Positions 10,601-25,600 of a stretch of 64,000 bases of DNA are shown here, piece after piece. The stretch is taken from assembly GCA_965202585.1 (NCBI GenBank), contig OZ241833.1:30938001-31002000 (forward strand). The letters are read 5' to 3'. Position 1 is the first letter of the stretch. Each line of letters opens with the position of its first letter. Made by a program: the position numbers and the translations under genes. The DNA comes from Thalia democratica (Eukaryota). The notes under the pieces are model-generated. The model worked only from the letters and a program-made list of their open reading frames with translations. It searched no databases and was not told the origin of the DNA.

Positions 10601-13600
10601 GTTTATCATTGAAAAGCTTTTGTAATTGCTTTATAAAATACTGAAAAATGTATGTATGTATCTTAGAAATTAAATATATAAGTATTAAATATTTACTTGC
10701 TAATTTTTAAAGTAATTAGTTTTATAGCTTGTTGAAAATTAGAACATAACATAACCTAGACAGACACATTTGAAAATAATTTTTTTTAAAAGTAAGTTAT
10801 ATAAACTTTTAGGTAATTTAGTTTTATTTATAAATTTAAAACAACTTTTGCAATAGTCGCGGAAATGTCATGTTATTGAAAAAATGTTTTTATGAGCTGA
10901 CAGCTGACTTAAGAATATTCAATTGTAAAAAAGCTTGAATAAACTTCCATAAATAATATTTTAAAAAACAATTAAAAATCTGTTAAAACTTTTTGTTTGT
11001 GGTTTTATAAAAAAAGGTTTTAATTTTGTAAATTAAGAAATTGTTGAATATAATACAAGTGTTAAAAAATTAAAAGTAGGTTGAAAAATGTAATACTTAT
11101 GATTTATATAAAGCTCAAAAATGAGTTATTTCTATATTTTGAATTAAAAAAACTGACTAGATTTCAAAAGTCATTTTAGTCTATAATAGTATGTTGTAGT
11201 TTATGCTTTAATCTTTAATTTTTTTTGTGAATCCCCTATGACCTTCAAAAGTTAAGTATAAAAAAATATTTTTCTCAAGAAACAGGTAATGCTTAAAAAA
11301 AACCCGTTTTTACCATATGAAAATGACCTTAAACAATAAACTTTAAAATCAAGCTGTGTATTTTACATAAAATAAAAAGTAATTTTTTATAAAATTTAAG
11401 TACCTAAATTTTTATGAATCCCCTATGACCCTAAAAAGTTTAGTATAAAAAAAAATTTTACAAGAAACAAAGCTTTAAAAATAAAATTACCAATCAAATA
11501 ATATTTTTACCTTAAATGAAAATGGCCTTAAACAACGAGCTGAACATTTTACATAAAAAAAAAAGAAAAAAGAAATATTTTTTTATTTCAAGTATTTTCA
11601 CCCGCAGGAAACGCGGGCAAGCCGAAGAAGAAGGCGGCGTACGAGGGGGGTTTGGTGCTGGCCCCCAAGAAGGGTTTCTACGACAAGTACATCTTGCTGC
11701 TGGACTTCAACTCCCTGTACCCGTCCATCATCCAGGAGTACAACATCTGCTTCACCACGCTGGAAACCAACCCGCCCGAGGGGCACCCCGAGGTTGGTAG
11801 GGAGTTGGTTGTTGTTGGGGAAGTTTGGGTGTTGTGAAGCGGGTATGGTACTTTTGTGTCGGGGAGTTGATAGACTTTGAAGCAAAAATAAATTTTGGTT
11901 AAAAAATCATAAAATGAAATGAAATTAATACTATTAATTTAATTTTAAATGCAATATTAGTCTGCAACTTATGTTTGTTGGAATGTGAAAAATAGAAAGT
12001 TCTAGTTATGATGATTCAAAAACTAAAAGTACAGTAGATAATTTATAAAAAAAAAGTCTAATAAAAAATATCATGTTATATAACAATATATGCTTATTAC
12101 TTGATGTATTTGATTAGATTGTATTGTTTTTAGGTAATTAGTAAAGTAAGAATTTATTTTTTGAGAGATATTGTATAACAAAGTAGTACATATTCAAATA
12201 AACAAAAAAAGCATTACTTAATTTTAACATAGGACGAGTTGTACATCCCAGAGGTTCCGGAGCAGGGTCTCGACGCTGGAGTTCTTCCGACTGAGATCAG
12301 GAAGCTGGTTGAAAGAAGAAGGGCAGTCAAGCAGATGATGAAGGGACAGATCAGCAAGGAACAGTATACTCAGGTGATTAGAAAAAAATAAAATAAAATT
12401 AGTAAGCAAGTGATGCACAACATTAAAGGGTAATAATAAAAGCAATAATTTTGTTGGAAGTTTACAAGTATTTGTATAAGATAATAGATAATAAAACAAA
12501 CTAAAAGTTGAGTTAGGTATATGCTTACTGTAAAAATAAATTTAAAACCATTTTGTTTTACTCGGTCGTTAATTTCACTATCATCATTGTTCATTTCATA
12601 ATTTTTTGTGAAATGGTTAATTTATTTATATTCATATCCACAGTACAAAACCCGTCATAAAGTGTTGAAATTTTCCTTCAGACTTGAGTCTTATTATCAT
12701 AATTTTAAAATTCCAGTTCTTCATGATTTTCCTGAAGTATTTTACTTATTACAATACATTTCCACAGTGTATTGTGATAAGTTGAGTCAGACGGGTGTCT
12801 AATGTAAAAATAAATTCAAAACCGTTTTGTTTTATTAAGTCGTTAATTTTTAATTTTAAATAAAATTTTAATAAAATTTAATTTTTAATTTGATTCATGT
12901 CCACAGTACGACATCCGCCAGAAAGCGCTGAAGCTGACCGCCAACTCGATGTACGGCTGCCTCGGCTTCCAAAACTCCAGGTTCTACGCGAAACCCCTCG
13001 CGGCCCTGGTCACCAGGAGGGGTAGGGAGGTGAGAATTGCTGTAAAATATTTGGTTTTTATAAAAAAAAACTGGTGGAACAGTTTAAAAATGTTCTAAAT
13101 AAGTCTATAAGGTACTTGTGTATTATGCTGAATATACATTTAAAACATTTTCGTAGTTTTGTCAGTTTCAAGATAAATAAAAGTGTTTAACAAGAAGTAA
13201 ATTGAGTGATAAGAAGCAGTTTTACTTGTACTTAAACTTATTTGCAATTTTTGTATAACTCAAAAGGTCTTATGGTAGTGAAAGTGCTTATATATACTTT
13301 AATCTCTACAGTTGCAATAAAAAATGCCACACAAATGGTACACAAAACATAAATTGCTTTTGAAATCGAGCATATTTCAGACTTCCTATATGGAAGCATA
13401 ACTTTTTGTTTTCCAAGTGTTAAATAAGTTAATTTAAGTTCAATTAATTCTCAAATAAATTGTTACCCAATATAAAAACGTGATGAGTAAATTGAGCTTC
13501 CTTTTTCAATCACGATCAACTTTGCTAATTTCAATCTAAAATGTTGGAAAATTAATGTTGCAATCAAATATCACCTCGGGATGTATTCAGCTTGTGTATA

Positions 13601-16600
13601 GTGACTTTTATTATAAAAAGTTGATGAATAATCAACGTTTTAGCAAGATTAAAAATTGTAATTGCGATGAAAACCTAGTTGAAAAAGTTTATTGATAATG
13701 TTGATTAGTATAAAAACATAACGGTATTTACATTGGTCTAAACTTGCTGAAAATATTATTAAAACTAAGTTTTAATTAATTCATAACTCGAAGTTTAAAT
13801 ACTATTCATTACCTAGAAAAACTTTTTTATACTTTAATTTAAATAAAAATATTTAAAAGATTGCAATTATAGAATTGTATTGATTATAGAAACAATTTTT
13901 GAAAAGTTTTATTTGATCTTTTATAACAACGAAATTATTAATTTTGTAACTAACATTAAATTGATTTATAAAGTAGTGTAAGATTTTTCAATCTTTCTAA
14001 ACAGCAAGTGGTATTTACTCAATTTTAAAACTGAGCGATTGAAAGCAAAAGAGCATGGAAAAAGTGCAATTACGAGCAATAACACTTGAAACTTATTTTC
14101 ACAAAGTTGAAAATATTTGGCGCTTAAAAATGACTTTTAAGTGTTTCTAGAAATTTCCATTAGTAATGCAGTTATGTTTCACACTATAAAGAAGCTAAGC
14201 TACACTCGTTTAAAGCTTAAATAATTAAAGCTTAAATAATAAATTTAAGGACTCAAAGTAGTTTAGTTCAGTTGATTTCATTTCTTTAAGCCATATGTTT
14301 GAAAACAAAATGAAAACTATTCCAAATGAAAGTAAAATAGTTAACAGAATTTATTTTATTTATTACAAAGTTGATAAAATAACTAAAAATGAAATAAAAC
14401 CTTACAAGTTTTACAATGCTTGCGTATAAATTATGCTTGTTTTGTATAGTAAAAACGGTTTGTTTACTTCTTTTTGCCGCTAAAAATTAGTTCCAAATCA
14501 ACAGTATGTAGAGTTTTACAGTAGTAATAGAAACTAATTTACTGGAAACTATAGAAATAGTTAAACAGAATATGTACTAATCTCAAGTTTAAAAATAGAA
14601 ACTAGAATTAAAACACAAAAAATATAAAAAAACTTTTGCATATAAAAACAAAAGGCAATAAACAAAAGTTTAAAACTTTTAGCCCTTTTGTTTAAAAAGT
14701 ATTTTTGAGTGGTGCTATAAATTTGTATAATGTAAAATATTTTTTTTGAATCATTTATATATAAAGAAAAATTAACAAGCATAAAGTAAAGTATCTAAGT
14801 AACAAGTAGTCAAATTAAAATGAGTTCACTTCGAAAAGCGCGTTTAAGCTTTGAGCGCCTTCAAACGTGATTTTCAAGTTTCAAGTGTTCTAGAATTTCC
14901 ATCAGCAGATGTGAATTATTTCGCTACCGACGACCTTTTGAGTGTCTCGTTGTTAAATTGAATTTTATCCACGTTGACAACTTGTTTGATAATATTTTCG
15001 CTTCCCAGTCATAACTGTTTATTTTTCATTTTGAGTTTTTCTGAATGAGTTTGTTTTGAAGGCGTAAAAACTATTTATGTTTGATTTTTTCAATTTTTTT
15101 TTTCAATGTTGAAATATTTTGTACCATTCGTCTCAACAAAATAGAAATTGTATGGTCGAATACTTTTTTTAACTGCTTAAGTATGCAAATAAAAAGTTAA
15201 TGTGAAATATTTCAGAAGTATAACGCAATAAAAGTGGTGTATACAAAAGTTTAATTTATCTTAAAGTTTGTTTCACTTTTAATCAGTTAAAATTGAAAAA
15301 TAAATGATTAAATGAAAAACCATCAAGAAAGCTGATAAAACAACAGTTTAATCAATTAATTTTTTAATGCTTAAAAACTACACATCTGTTAAAAAATGTC
15401 ATTTAAGTTTTTTAAATTTATCTTTATTGTCATACTCCTTTTTTATTTTCAGTCTAAAATTATTTAATTTCAATTAAACTAAATGTTATTCTAAAACATT
15501 TCTTAACATTAATTTTAACCAGGTAAGAAAAAGGTTATGATAAGTTTATATAAAAGAATTTTTGAAACTGTAAAATCAAACAACTGATAATATAGATAGA
15601 TCATCGATTCTTAATAAGGGGCAAATTACCTTGTTTTAAGGAGTAAATGTTTTTATTAGAATTTATGTAAATTAATGTTTAATAATTGTCCTTTTAATTT
15701 ATAAGGTAGTAACGGTATTTTTTTAAAGTTTAATAAATTCTTTTAGTTTTACCATTTTTATATTTTATTCAAAAAATATAATTTTTTTGCTCAAAATTAA
15801 ACACTACTTTGTACATGGGGGGTAAACTTGGTATTAAACCTTCCAAAAAGGGGTAAAACATGAACAAGGTTAAGAACCGCTGATATATACTATTTGTTAG
15901 TAGTGTTAGTTTTTGTGATGTCTTACTTATTTTTACAACAGTTTTTAATATATTTTTGAAAACATGTGCATTAAAAAAAAAATCTATAAGATACTGACGA
16001 ATACAAACTGTAAGATAGTTGTCCCATTCACACATACACAGTAAATTTATTTAATATTAATTTTATTCTAAAATATGACCAAAATATTGATGAAAACAAG
16101 GTATGTGTGTTAAATTTTTACCCCTTGATATTTAATTTACTCCCCTTCAATGATATGTACTTGTACAAGCATTAATGAATACAAAATAAAAAACAAAATA
16201 TAGTCACAATAATTAAATATACATTTAATCGCTTATGTACAATTTCTATGTCATATCTAAACAAATTTATTTAGACGTTGACATTAATATATTATTAATG
16301 GTGCTATCTAAAAAACATGATTAAAATAACCTTAAAAGTACTCAATCTATTAAAATTAACGACATTTTTCTATATTAAATTAATTCAACAAAGTTTTCGG
16401 ACAGTTACCTTCGTATTGCACCAGCACTTTTTTTATTTATAGATTTATAATAATAATAAATATATGTTATTTTTATTATGTAAATTCAACTGTTTTAATC
16501 GTTCAGATTCTGATGAACACGAAGGAGCTGGCGCAGAAGATGGGGTTGGAGGTGATATACGGGGACACCGACTCGATCATGATCAACACCAACAGCACTG

Positions 16601-19600
16601 ATATGGACAACGCTTTCCGGCTCGGTAACCAGGTACGTTTGAAAATAATATTGAATTTTTTATTTAATGTCTAATTTAATTAAATACAAAATACTAACCA
16701 GTTACTGGTTTGCATTTGAAGAAAATACTGTTTACTATTCTTGCTTTCTAAATAAGGGTATAAAGTCAATGCTGAAATAACTTGAAAAAAATCTCAAGAA
16801 TGAGTAGTTTTTCTTTTATGATTATGGTATTTTAACGGTTCATAAAAAGCTAAGAACAGTAAACATATTAAGTAGTGTATTTTTGGGTAACAAAATGTAA
16901 CTTATTTTGATAATTAATCTAAGTTACATGTATGTAAACTTTAATTTATAGCTATATATGTTAGTAGTCACAAAAATATTCAAAAGTAAATTTAATAAAT
17001 TGATTATAATTAAATTTATTTTCAGCAGCTGTGAGTTATAATATTTATTAAAGTCGAGCTATAAAACTTTTTAAAAGAAAATTAACTTTTTTATATGTAA
17101 CTTTTTAACGTAGTTTTACTAGAAATGTTTAAATACTTAAAAAAAATATTTTTCATGTAAAGTTTATTTACTTTAAAACAAATCTATATTTAGATTTTTA
17201 AGTTATAATCAGTGAAATGTTTTATGTAAAAAAAAGAATTTAATGTTTTAAACCATAACGAAAAGCACCACTAAATTTAAAGTATGAATAACGGTTATGA
17301 TATTGGTAAAACTGATTTTAAAGCTACTCTTATGTAAAGAGTTAAAACAGCGATGCGTTCCAATACACCGTGAAAATTGTTTTTGGAGCCAAAACGTTTC
17401 AAAGTACGTTGCTCGCGATTCAAAAAACGTCCCCAAAACTTTCCGCTGCCAATTACACAATGTATACGCCGGGGCGAAAAAGTTTAATCGAGTTTGCTGA
17501 TGCAAGACTCCACTGGCCAACACAGCGAGTGAGATCGTTCTGTGTGGCTCTTCATTGAAAATATCTCAAAAATATCGCCACTCGACATCGTACGTTTGGC
17601 GCGCAGCGAGTTGCGAGCATAGAAGAGAACAAGCGAGAGAATTGATGTATTTCCCGCGCACGTTACGCTCGGATGAGCACGCTCTCTCGCTCGGAAAAAT
17701 CTCGAACGACGTAGAAGTTTCGCACGGATGTCGAGCGGATTGGCGAACAATGGCGCTTCTTTGTTGTCAAATATTGGCTTTTGATTATAAAATAATCAAA
17801 AAAAAAACTTTAAAGTTGAAACAGAGTTGATGCGCTGCTGTGTGGTGTAGTACTTTTAAACTATATTCCTTTAAGTATATATATATATATATATATATTA
17901 TAAAAATGTGCATTTGAATATTATGTGTATTCAATAAAGCTGAAATGAACTTTAATAAAAACATATTGTTTTTTTTATGAGCAGTTTTAAATTTACAATA
18001 AAAAACTTAAAGTTTTTAACAAAAGTCATTAATATTGTTTTGGTATACAAAAATTTAAGTTAACTTTTATATTAAACGTATTTTTCAATGTATTGTTTAT
18101 TAACATGCCGTAAAAATGGGGATGCTACTGTAAAGTTTGTAGTTGCTTAAAAATAAAAAGTGTATGACTTATACAACCAATGCTTTTATGTTTTTATAAA
18201 TGATCAAAAAAGAAATAATTAGATAAAACAAACTAATTTTATTACAATTTTGTTTAAAGTTGTAAGGAAAAGTTCTCTAAAATAATAATTCAAAGCAAAA
18301 TTTAAAATACATAAACAGTTTTGAAAAAAGTATTTTAGCATTAATTAAAAACATCTTACTTGTAGTTTTATCATAAATTCGTTTCTGAATTATCAAAGTT
18401 TAAAATTCTTACACAACAAAACTTTTTTTTGAATTACAAACATGCTTTGTTTTGTAAAAATATATCTAACACACTCGCCATGGTCACTTATGGTGAGCTT
18501 TTCCGTTTTATCTTAAAAGTTTTACTTACTCAAAGCAAATCGATATATAAAAACTACTTTTATTCATAAAATGCATATGTAAGACAAAACTGATACTATT
18601 CAAAAACATTTAAGCTTTTCGTACTCACAAAGAGTTACTAACTTAAGTTACAATCTTTGCACATATCAAGTTTTTTGTTTTAAATAAAAACTAAGATTTT
18701 TAACGGTTTAAATCAGGGGTTATGTTAAACTCAACACTTCCAAAGTATTTTAGAGTGCTTGGCGCTTTGTATTCAAATTTATTTAAATTTATCATTGTCT
18801 GCCAGCAGCGTAATTCTGACGCATATAAAATTTACAAGCTCATAGTAAAATTGAATACATAGTAGTAAATTTGTTTTTCATAGAGAGTAAATACTCTTTT
18901 CCTTTATTTTTGTTATTTCTGTAAGTATGAATGGGTAGCTAATATTGGGCAATAATTTACTCAATAAAGTGTTATATTGGTATGACCTCATAAAGAACTG
19001 AGAAATAATTATACAATATTAAGCGTTATCAATACCGTAAAGGTTTTTAAATGAAAACTAACTAAAATAATAATAAAAAGCTTAATGTTGTTCAAAAAGG
19101 CTGTTTGTAGCTATTTATTTACACAATAACTGAGCAAAATTATAAATAAAAAGTTTGCAAGTTATCAGGTTTATCATACAAAAAATGTTGAAGTGCATTG
19201 GAAAAATTTCAAATAAAATAAAACATACCTGATTTCGTTGAAATCATTTTTACAAAAAACTACTTTACTCGTTCGCGCACACAAACTTTATACAAAACTA
19301 CCAATGTTAACAAACACTTTCAGGTGAAAGCAGAAGTGAACAAGCTGTACAGGCTGTTGGAAATTGACATCGACGGTGTGTACAAGTCGCTGCTTTTGCT
19401 CAAAAAGAAGAAGTATGCAGCTCTCAGCGTTCAAAAGTTTGTATTTAAGTTAAATTTTTACCTGTGTTTAGTACTTTTATTGGTTTAAGGTTCAAAAAAC
19501 TTTTTTTTATTATAGATTTCAACGTCAATACGTTTGTAGTTTAGTCTTTAGATCAGGGTTTCCTAAACTTTTTTTTCATATTGCCCCCTTCAACAAGATT

Positions 19601-22600
19601 ACTCAAAAAACTACCAATTAAAACACTTAAGACCTTTTTTTGCTCTTCATCAACACCTTCAGAATATCTAGTATAAGTTTCAAATTATGGCCTGTGGCCC
19701 CCTGAATATCTGTCATGGACCACAAGGGGGTCACTTGGCCCACTTTAGGAAACCCTGCTATAGATGGTGTAAAAAGTTTAACGCAAATGATAAGTAATCA
19801 TAAAAAAACAACTTCAGTTTAAAATTTAACGGTATATAAATTTGTCTTTAATATTTTCAGACTTTGGAATAATTAATTTTAAACTGAGAATTGTTTATAC
19901 TTTTATACTGCTGTCAATGATATTATTACCTGAAATAAAAATACGAAAAATCATTAGAAAGCATAAATTTTTTGGCCACTTTATTGCTAGTGTAAGCATT
20001 TTTATTTTCTTTGAAGTTTTATTCTATAAATAGAAATGTTTGCTAAGCATAAAAGATGTAAAAGTTATATTTTTTGAATTCCTTTTATTGAAAAAATAAA
20101 CATAAAAAAACCATAAAAAAGTACTTTAGGCATAGATGCATATGAATTGTTAAAGTTATTGTTTGTATTTACAGTACGTTGAATAAGAAAAGCTTATTTT
20201 GATAGTAAATTTTTAAGGTTTGTGTCATAAAAGAAACAGTTAATTTGAAAATTTAAGCAATTGAAAGCAAACCTTATCTTTAAAAAATGTTCAATAGATA
20301 CAAGCTTTCTTCATAAATAATAAAAGATTAATAAAATATGATTTAAAACTATATAAAAAGATAGTTACTACTACTAGTACAGGGACTTTTTAAAATTATT
20401 TGATAAATAATTATTCAAAATCATTTTAATAAACATTAGTTTTTTCAATTTTTTCAATATTATTTCTTCAAGTTATACTCACATTGAAAACAAAGAGTTA
20501 AATATTTTAACTTTTAAAAGCTGCTCAATCTTACTTATTTAAATTTTATTACTAATAAATTCTTCTCCAGGTCACCAAACGGAACATTTGAAACGAAGAA
20601 GGAACTGAAAGGACTGGACATCGTCAGGAGAGACTGGTGCGACCTTGCCAAGGACGCCGGAAAGTTTGTGCGAAAATAATATGTGTTTAGAATTATAATT
20701 TACTATGCTTATATCTTAAATGATAAAAAAAAGTGAAGTTTCTGTTGAATAAAATTCTGAATGAAGGCAAGCTTTGTTTTTTAGATTGCTACTCAGTTAA
20801 GCTAGCTTGATTAACGCTTTTTAAAAGTCACTATTTAAATTCAGTGTATTTAATATATATTTAATGATAAATACCAATTAAGCACACAATATTATTTTGA
20901 AATATTTCTTAGAAATTAAAAAGTCTAATTAACCCTCAGTCATATCATTCTGATAGTAGTTATAAAATAGCACCTTTGCTAAACTTAAACAACTTTTAAA
21001 TATTAAAATAAACAAACAATTTACAGTTTCGCGGTGGACCAGATATTGTCCAATCAGCAGCGCGAAACGATCGTTGAGAAAATTCACGAAATGTTGAATG
21101 AAGTGGGCACCAAAGTCAAAGAGGGAACTTTCTCATTAGACAAATACGTCATCAGAAAAGTTTGTAACAAGTTCAAATGTTGAAATTATCCGTAAAAATG
21201 TAAATAAAAAACTTATAAAGTATTTAGATTCATTACGGGTATACCAAAGACGTTTCGTTAAACTTAAAGTTTAAAAAGTATGTTTGATCCAAGTAATCTA
21301 AGTAGAGATATATGCAACTTAGATTTTTATTATAAACTTTATTAAATCGACCCATTCCGCAGTTGTAACGATTCTGCAGCTCACTTATTCACTTATCTTT
21401 TATTTTTTTTCATATTTATCATTCAATAACTGCTTTTTAAATTAATAATTTTTTTTTTAAATGTTGTAGTTTTTATATGTGTTGTTGATACTTTCTTTAA
21501 ATCAATTACCATGACTTTAAAAATATTTTCCATAATATTAAGTTCACATTTAAAACATAATTGTTCTTTCTTAAAACCATTCACAACGTATAGAAGTAAA
21601 AATAAAACTCAATTTACCCATTACCAATTTACCTCTGTTTAATTCTTTCACACAAATGGGTTGCCCAAGAAATCCAAAACGAAACTTTAAACTTAAACAA
21701 CTAAAAAATCCTTTAAAATAAATTCGCTTTAAGGAGCTGACGAGAGACCCGGAGATGTACCCCGGGAAGGACAACCTCCCGCACGTGAGAGTTGCAATGA
21801 GGGCAAACAAGGTGACGGGTCAGAGGAAGATGAGGAGCGGTGACGTGGTCGCTTACGTCATTTGTCAGGTTGGTTGAAAAATTAATTTTCATCGGGAAAA
21901 AGTTTAGCAGTTAAAATCTTAAAGAGTAGGTAACAAATGTTAGAACAGTCTTCATTTTGAGAAAGCTGGTTGGTCAGATAAAAATTTTATCAGGCATTGA
22001 AAAGAGTATGGTAAACTATCAGTGTATGGAGTGTAAGTTTTATAATGTGAGTTTTTTGTTCGACCAAGAGCAGTTGTCTAAAAAAGAAGCTATAATTTAT
22101 TCTAAGATGAAGAGATGAAAATAAAATTATCTTTAGTAATATTTTTAAATACTTTTGACGTTAACTGCTCGATTGACGATTTTAAGTTAAATTATGACAA
22201 TCACAAGGAAAATTTTTAGATGAAAAAAGATAAATTAAACTTACAACTAATTGAATATTAAATTCAAACAGGATGGTACGGAAAACACAGCAACGCAAAG
22301 AAGTTACACTTTGGAGGAACTTAACAATCAGGATAATTTGAAGGTAATTGTTTCGTCATAATAGTAATTGACAAACTTGATAAGAGTTAATTTTAATTTA
22401 ATTATTTGCTTATAAAGCGTTTAACATACTTCTCGGAAAGTCAGGTTGGTGAGGAGTGTTCTGGTTAAGTTTAAAAAAAAATTATAATAAATATTTCTTA
22501 TATAAAACACATGTTTATATGTTTTATTGAGAAAATAGAGTAATTATATTACGTTGTGTTAAGTTGAATGTACAAATTGATGTAGTTTATTAGGCTTTCA

Positions 22601-25600
22601 TTTAAATAAACTTCGTCCAAAACTGGTTTATAAAATATAACAAACTTTAGTGTTGTTTTTTTGTTGTTCGTTTTAAAAGTACAAACAACCCTAATTATAA
22701 AGATTATAAGAGCGTCCAAAAGTGAAAGTGATTTTCTAAAGCTTTTACTCGCTTCTATTGTAACAAACAATACTGTTTAAACATTATAATAGGCATACTT
22801 ATTTGCCATCTGTAAAAACTGTTGTTATACTTAAGTTTTGTGCAATTTTTTAAGTGTGTTTTGAAACTTTTTAATTTTCAAAAGTTTACGTAAAAACCAA
22901 CCGGCATTATGAGTCATGGTAAACAGCAGTTACTAAATAAATAAGAAATAAATTATTTCTCCAAAATTTCAAAGTTAAGTATTAAATGTCGTCTTATCCG
23001 GCCGGTAATAAATATCAAGTTTCTTTTCCTGTTAAATAAAAAGTTAAAAAAATGCTTTGCAAAATTCATAGTTGCATAATCTTGTTATTACTTGCTGTGC
23101 AAAATAAAATTTACTACTTTTTATTTGATAAAATAAAGCAATGAAAAAATATTTAATTTCAGTTTCTTTTGCTCTAACATGAGCTAAAGTTAAATATCTT
23201 ACTGCTCGAAAATTTTAAAATTTTGTCAATTGTAAACAAAATTAAAAATTTTTCTTTCTTACTAAACTATTTTGACAACTTGATAATAAAATTGTTACGG
23301 TTCTGCATCTCTTTTAAAGTTACATCTGTAGGAAACATTAAAAAATATGTGTATAAAAACTATTTAGAAAAACACATTTTCTAAAGTACCAAGTGAATTT
23401 TTATTTCATATGCGATTACTACCAGATTATTTATTTATCCTAATATTTATACTACATAATATTGTTTTTATTAAAAAATGCGTATACCTTTAATAAGTTT
23501 CAAAACATAGAATTTTTTGAGTTTTATATGTTTATATAAACTTTCTGATAATTTTATTTGAAACGTCACAATGTGTTTTTTGTGTGATTCTTTAGAAATT
23601 TTGTTTTGTTCTTTATTTCGTTCTGAATATATGCCCAAAGCATTGAAACTAAGTAAACGATTCGAAAATTAGTTGTTTTTTTATGTTGCAAATTTTCTGA
23701 TATATATGTGTACATACCAACAGATAGACTGCGAGTACTACCTGGCCAACCAGGTCCACCCGGTCGTGTCCAGGCTTTGCGACCCCATCCAGGAAACCGA
23801 CCCCGCCATGATCGCCCAGTGCCTCGGTATGATAATGTTTGTACTTGCTGTTGATGTATTACTGTTTGTATAATTGTTTGAATAAGATATTAATGATGTT
23901 GAGTACAACGCAACAGAATTTGTGATAAAATACACCAAGATCAAGTATTCTAATGTTCCAAGCATAAGATTGCGTATATTTTATTTGTAGAATATAGTGT
24001 AGAGTATTTTTATCTTGCGCAACCGTCAACAGTATTATTAATTGTATAAATATATCATTTTATATTTATGATATATATTTAATACAATACAAGTATAACT
24101 TTTTTTTCTTGATATTAGATTAAACATTCAATTAAGTGAAAACAGTGGGAAGAAGTTGATTTAACATGTTGCTGTAAAACTAGAGCAAACAAAAAATCAC
24201 CGTTGTGACGTCACAATCAGGTTTGGACGCGAGCGGGTTCAAGCAGCGGATGAGAAGGGAGTTGGGAGAAGACGACGAGGACGATCACGTGACTTTTCAG
24301 ACGGAGGAGGAGAGGTACTCGGGTTGCCATGGGTTCGTGTACCGTCACCATGGCGACGTTGGGGCGGGCGGCGATGGAAACGTTAAGGAGTTTGAGTTCA
24401 GCAAGGGGCTCTTTGTTGACCTGGTTAGTTTCTATTAATAACAAAACATTTAATAATTATTATTTTAATAAAGCTAACAGCTTTTTTGTGTATACTAAGT
24501 AATAAAAGTAACCAGGAATAATTTACCTTTCTATAATTAATTCAAAATAGGTTTGTGTAGCTTATTAAAACAATGTAACTATGACAAGCATCAAAAAAGT
24601 GTCCGCAAGAGTGTGTGCAGGAACATCACAGATGAATGGTAAAAATTAAGGTCGTGGTTAAATATTTTGATATAAAGTTTCCGCTGGGGAGCAATAAAGA
24701 TTAAAATTTCACCGGTAGTTATAAAGTTTGAAATAAATTCGAAAATTCTTATAATTTTAAAACGTATGACTTCTCAAATTATAGTTTCTCTTGTACAAAT
24801 ATTTTTACACAGAGTAAAGTTTAAACAATTACGAGTTATTCAAATTTGGGGTCGGCAGGCATTTGGTGGTTGCGGGCAAAGTTTCCAAAATAAAAACATT
24901 TGTGGGTCGCAGTTGTAGTTTCGACTCGTAACGGACCGGAAATATCTAGTATAAATTTCGAATTACGCGTAAGTTTTACCCAAGACTTTTTTGCTGTTCA
25001 TTTCAACGCTCAAAATATCCAGTGCACGTTTCGAATTTCCTGTGAAAGGTATGTAAGTGCCTTTTATGCTTTTGAATGCAAACCACAGAATACCTGTGGT
25101 TTGCAGGCCCAGTTTTACCTTTAAATGGGCTGCATTCCATTTAAGATAAAAATATGCCCATGGTAAACAGTTTGCCGACCTCCAATTTAAGCACTTTGTA
25201 CTTGCAAAAAGAAAATTTTTACTGATCATAATTTGTCAATAAGTTTTAAAATAGTCATATGAAAGCAATCTATTCATTAATAGATACACAAATATCACAT
25301 TTTTTGCATAGTTTTTCTTAAAAAATCTAACTTTCACTGATTCCGTATAATTAAAAGTATAGCAGAAGCTCTGTTAAATCAATATAATATGAAAATAGTT
25401 GTCTTAAGATTAAAAATTTAACATTTTATTGCTATATTTATTAATAAGTTGATAATAAACTTATTTACTCATAAGATATTAAATACAAAAACAAAGAAAA
25501 AATTAGTCTTTCCAGAAATAAAAAAACGCGCTTGTCCTCATTTTGATGTGAGATTTAATTTTAATAAAAAGTCAATTAATTCTAATATTCAGTTTTATTG

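Noticed and set aside
24570-24640. KCPQEC-like segment that might supply the missing POLA1 cysteines
   Set aside because: No phase-0 acceptor gives an open frame (TAA follows); exons O and P already join in frame and align with the human protein.
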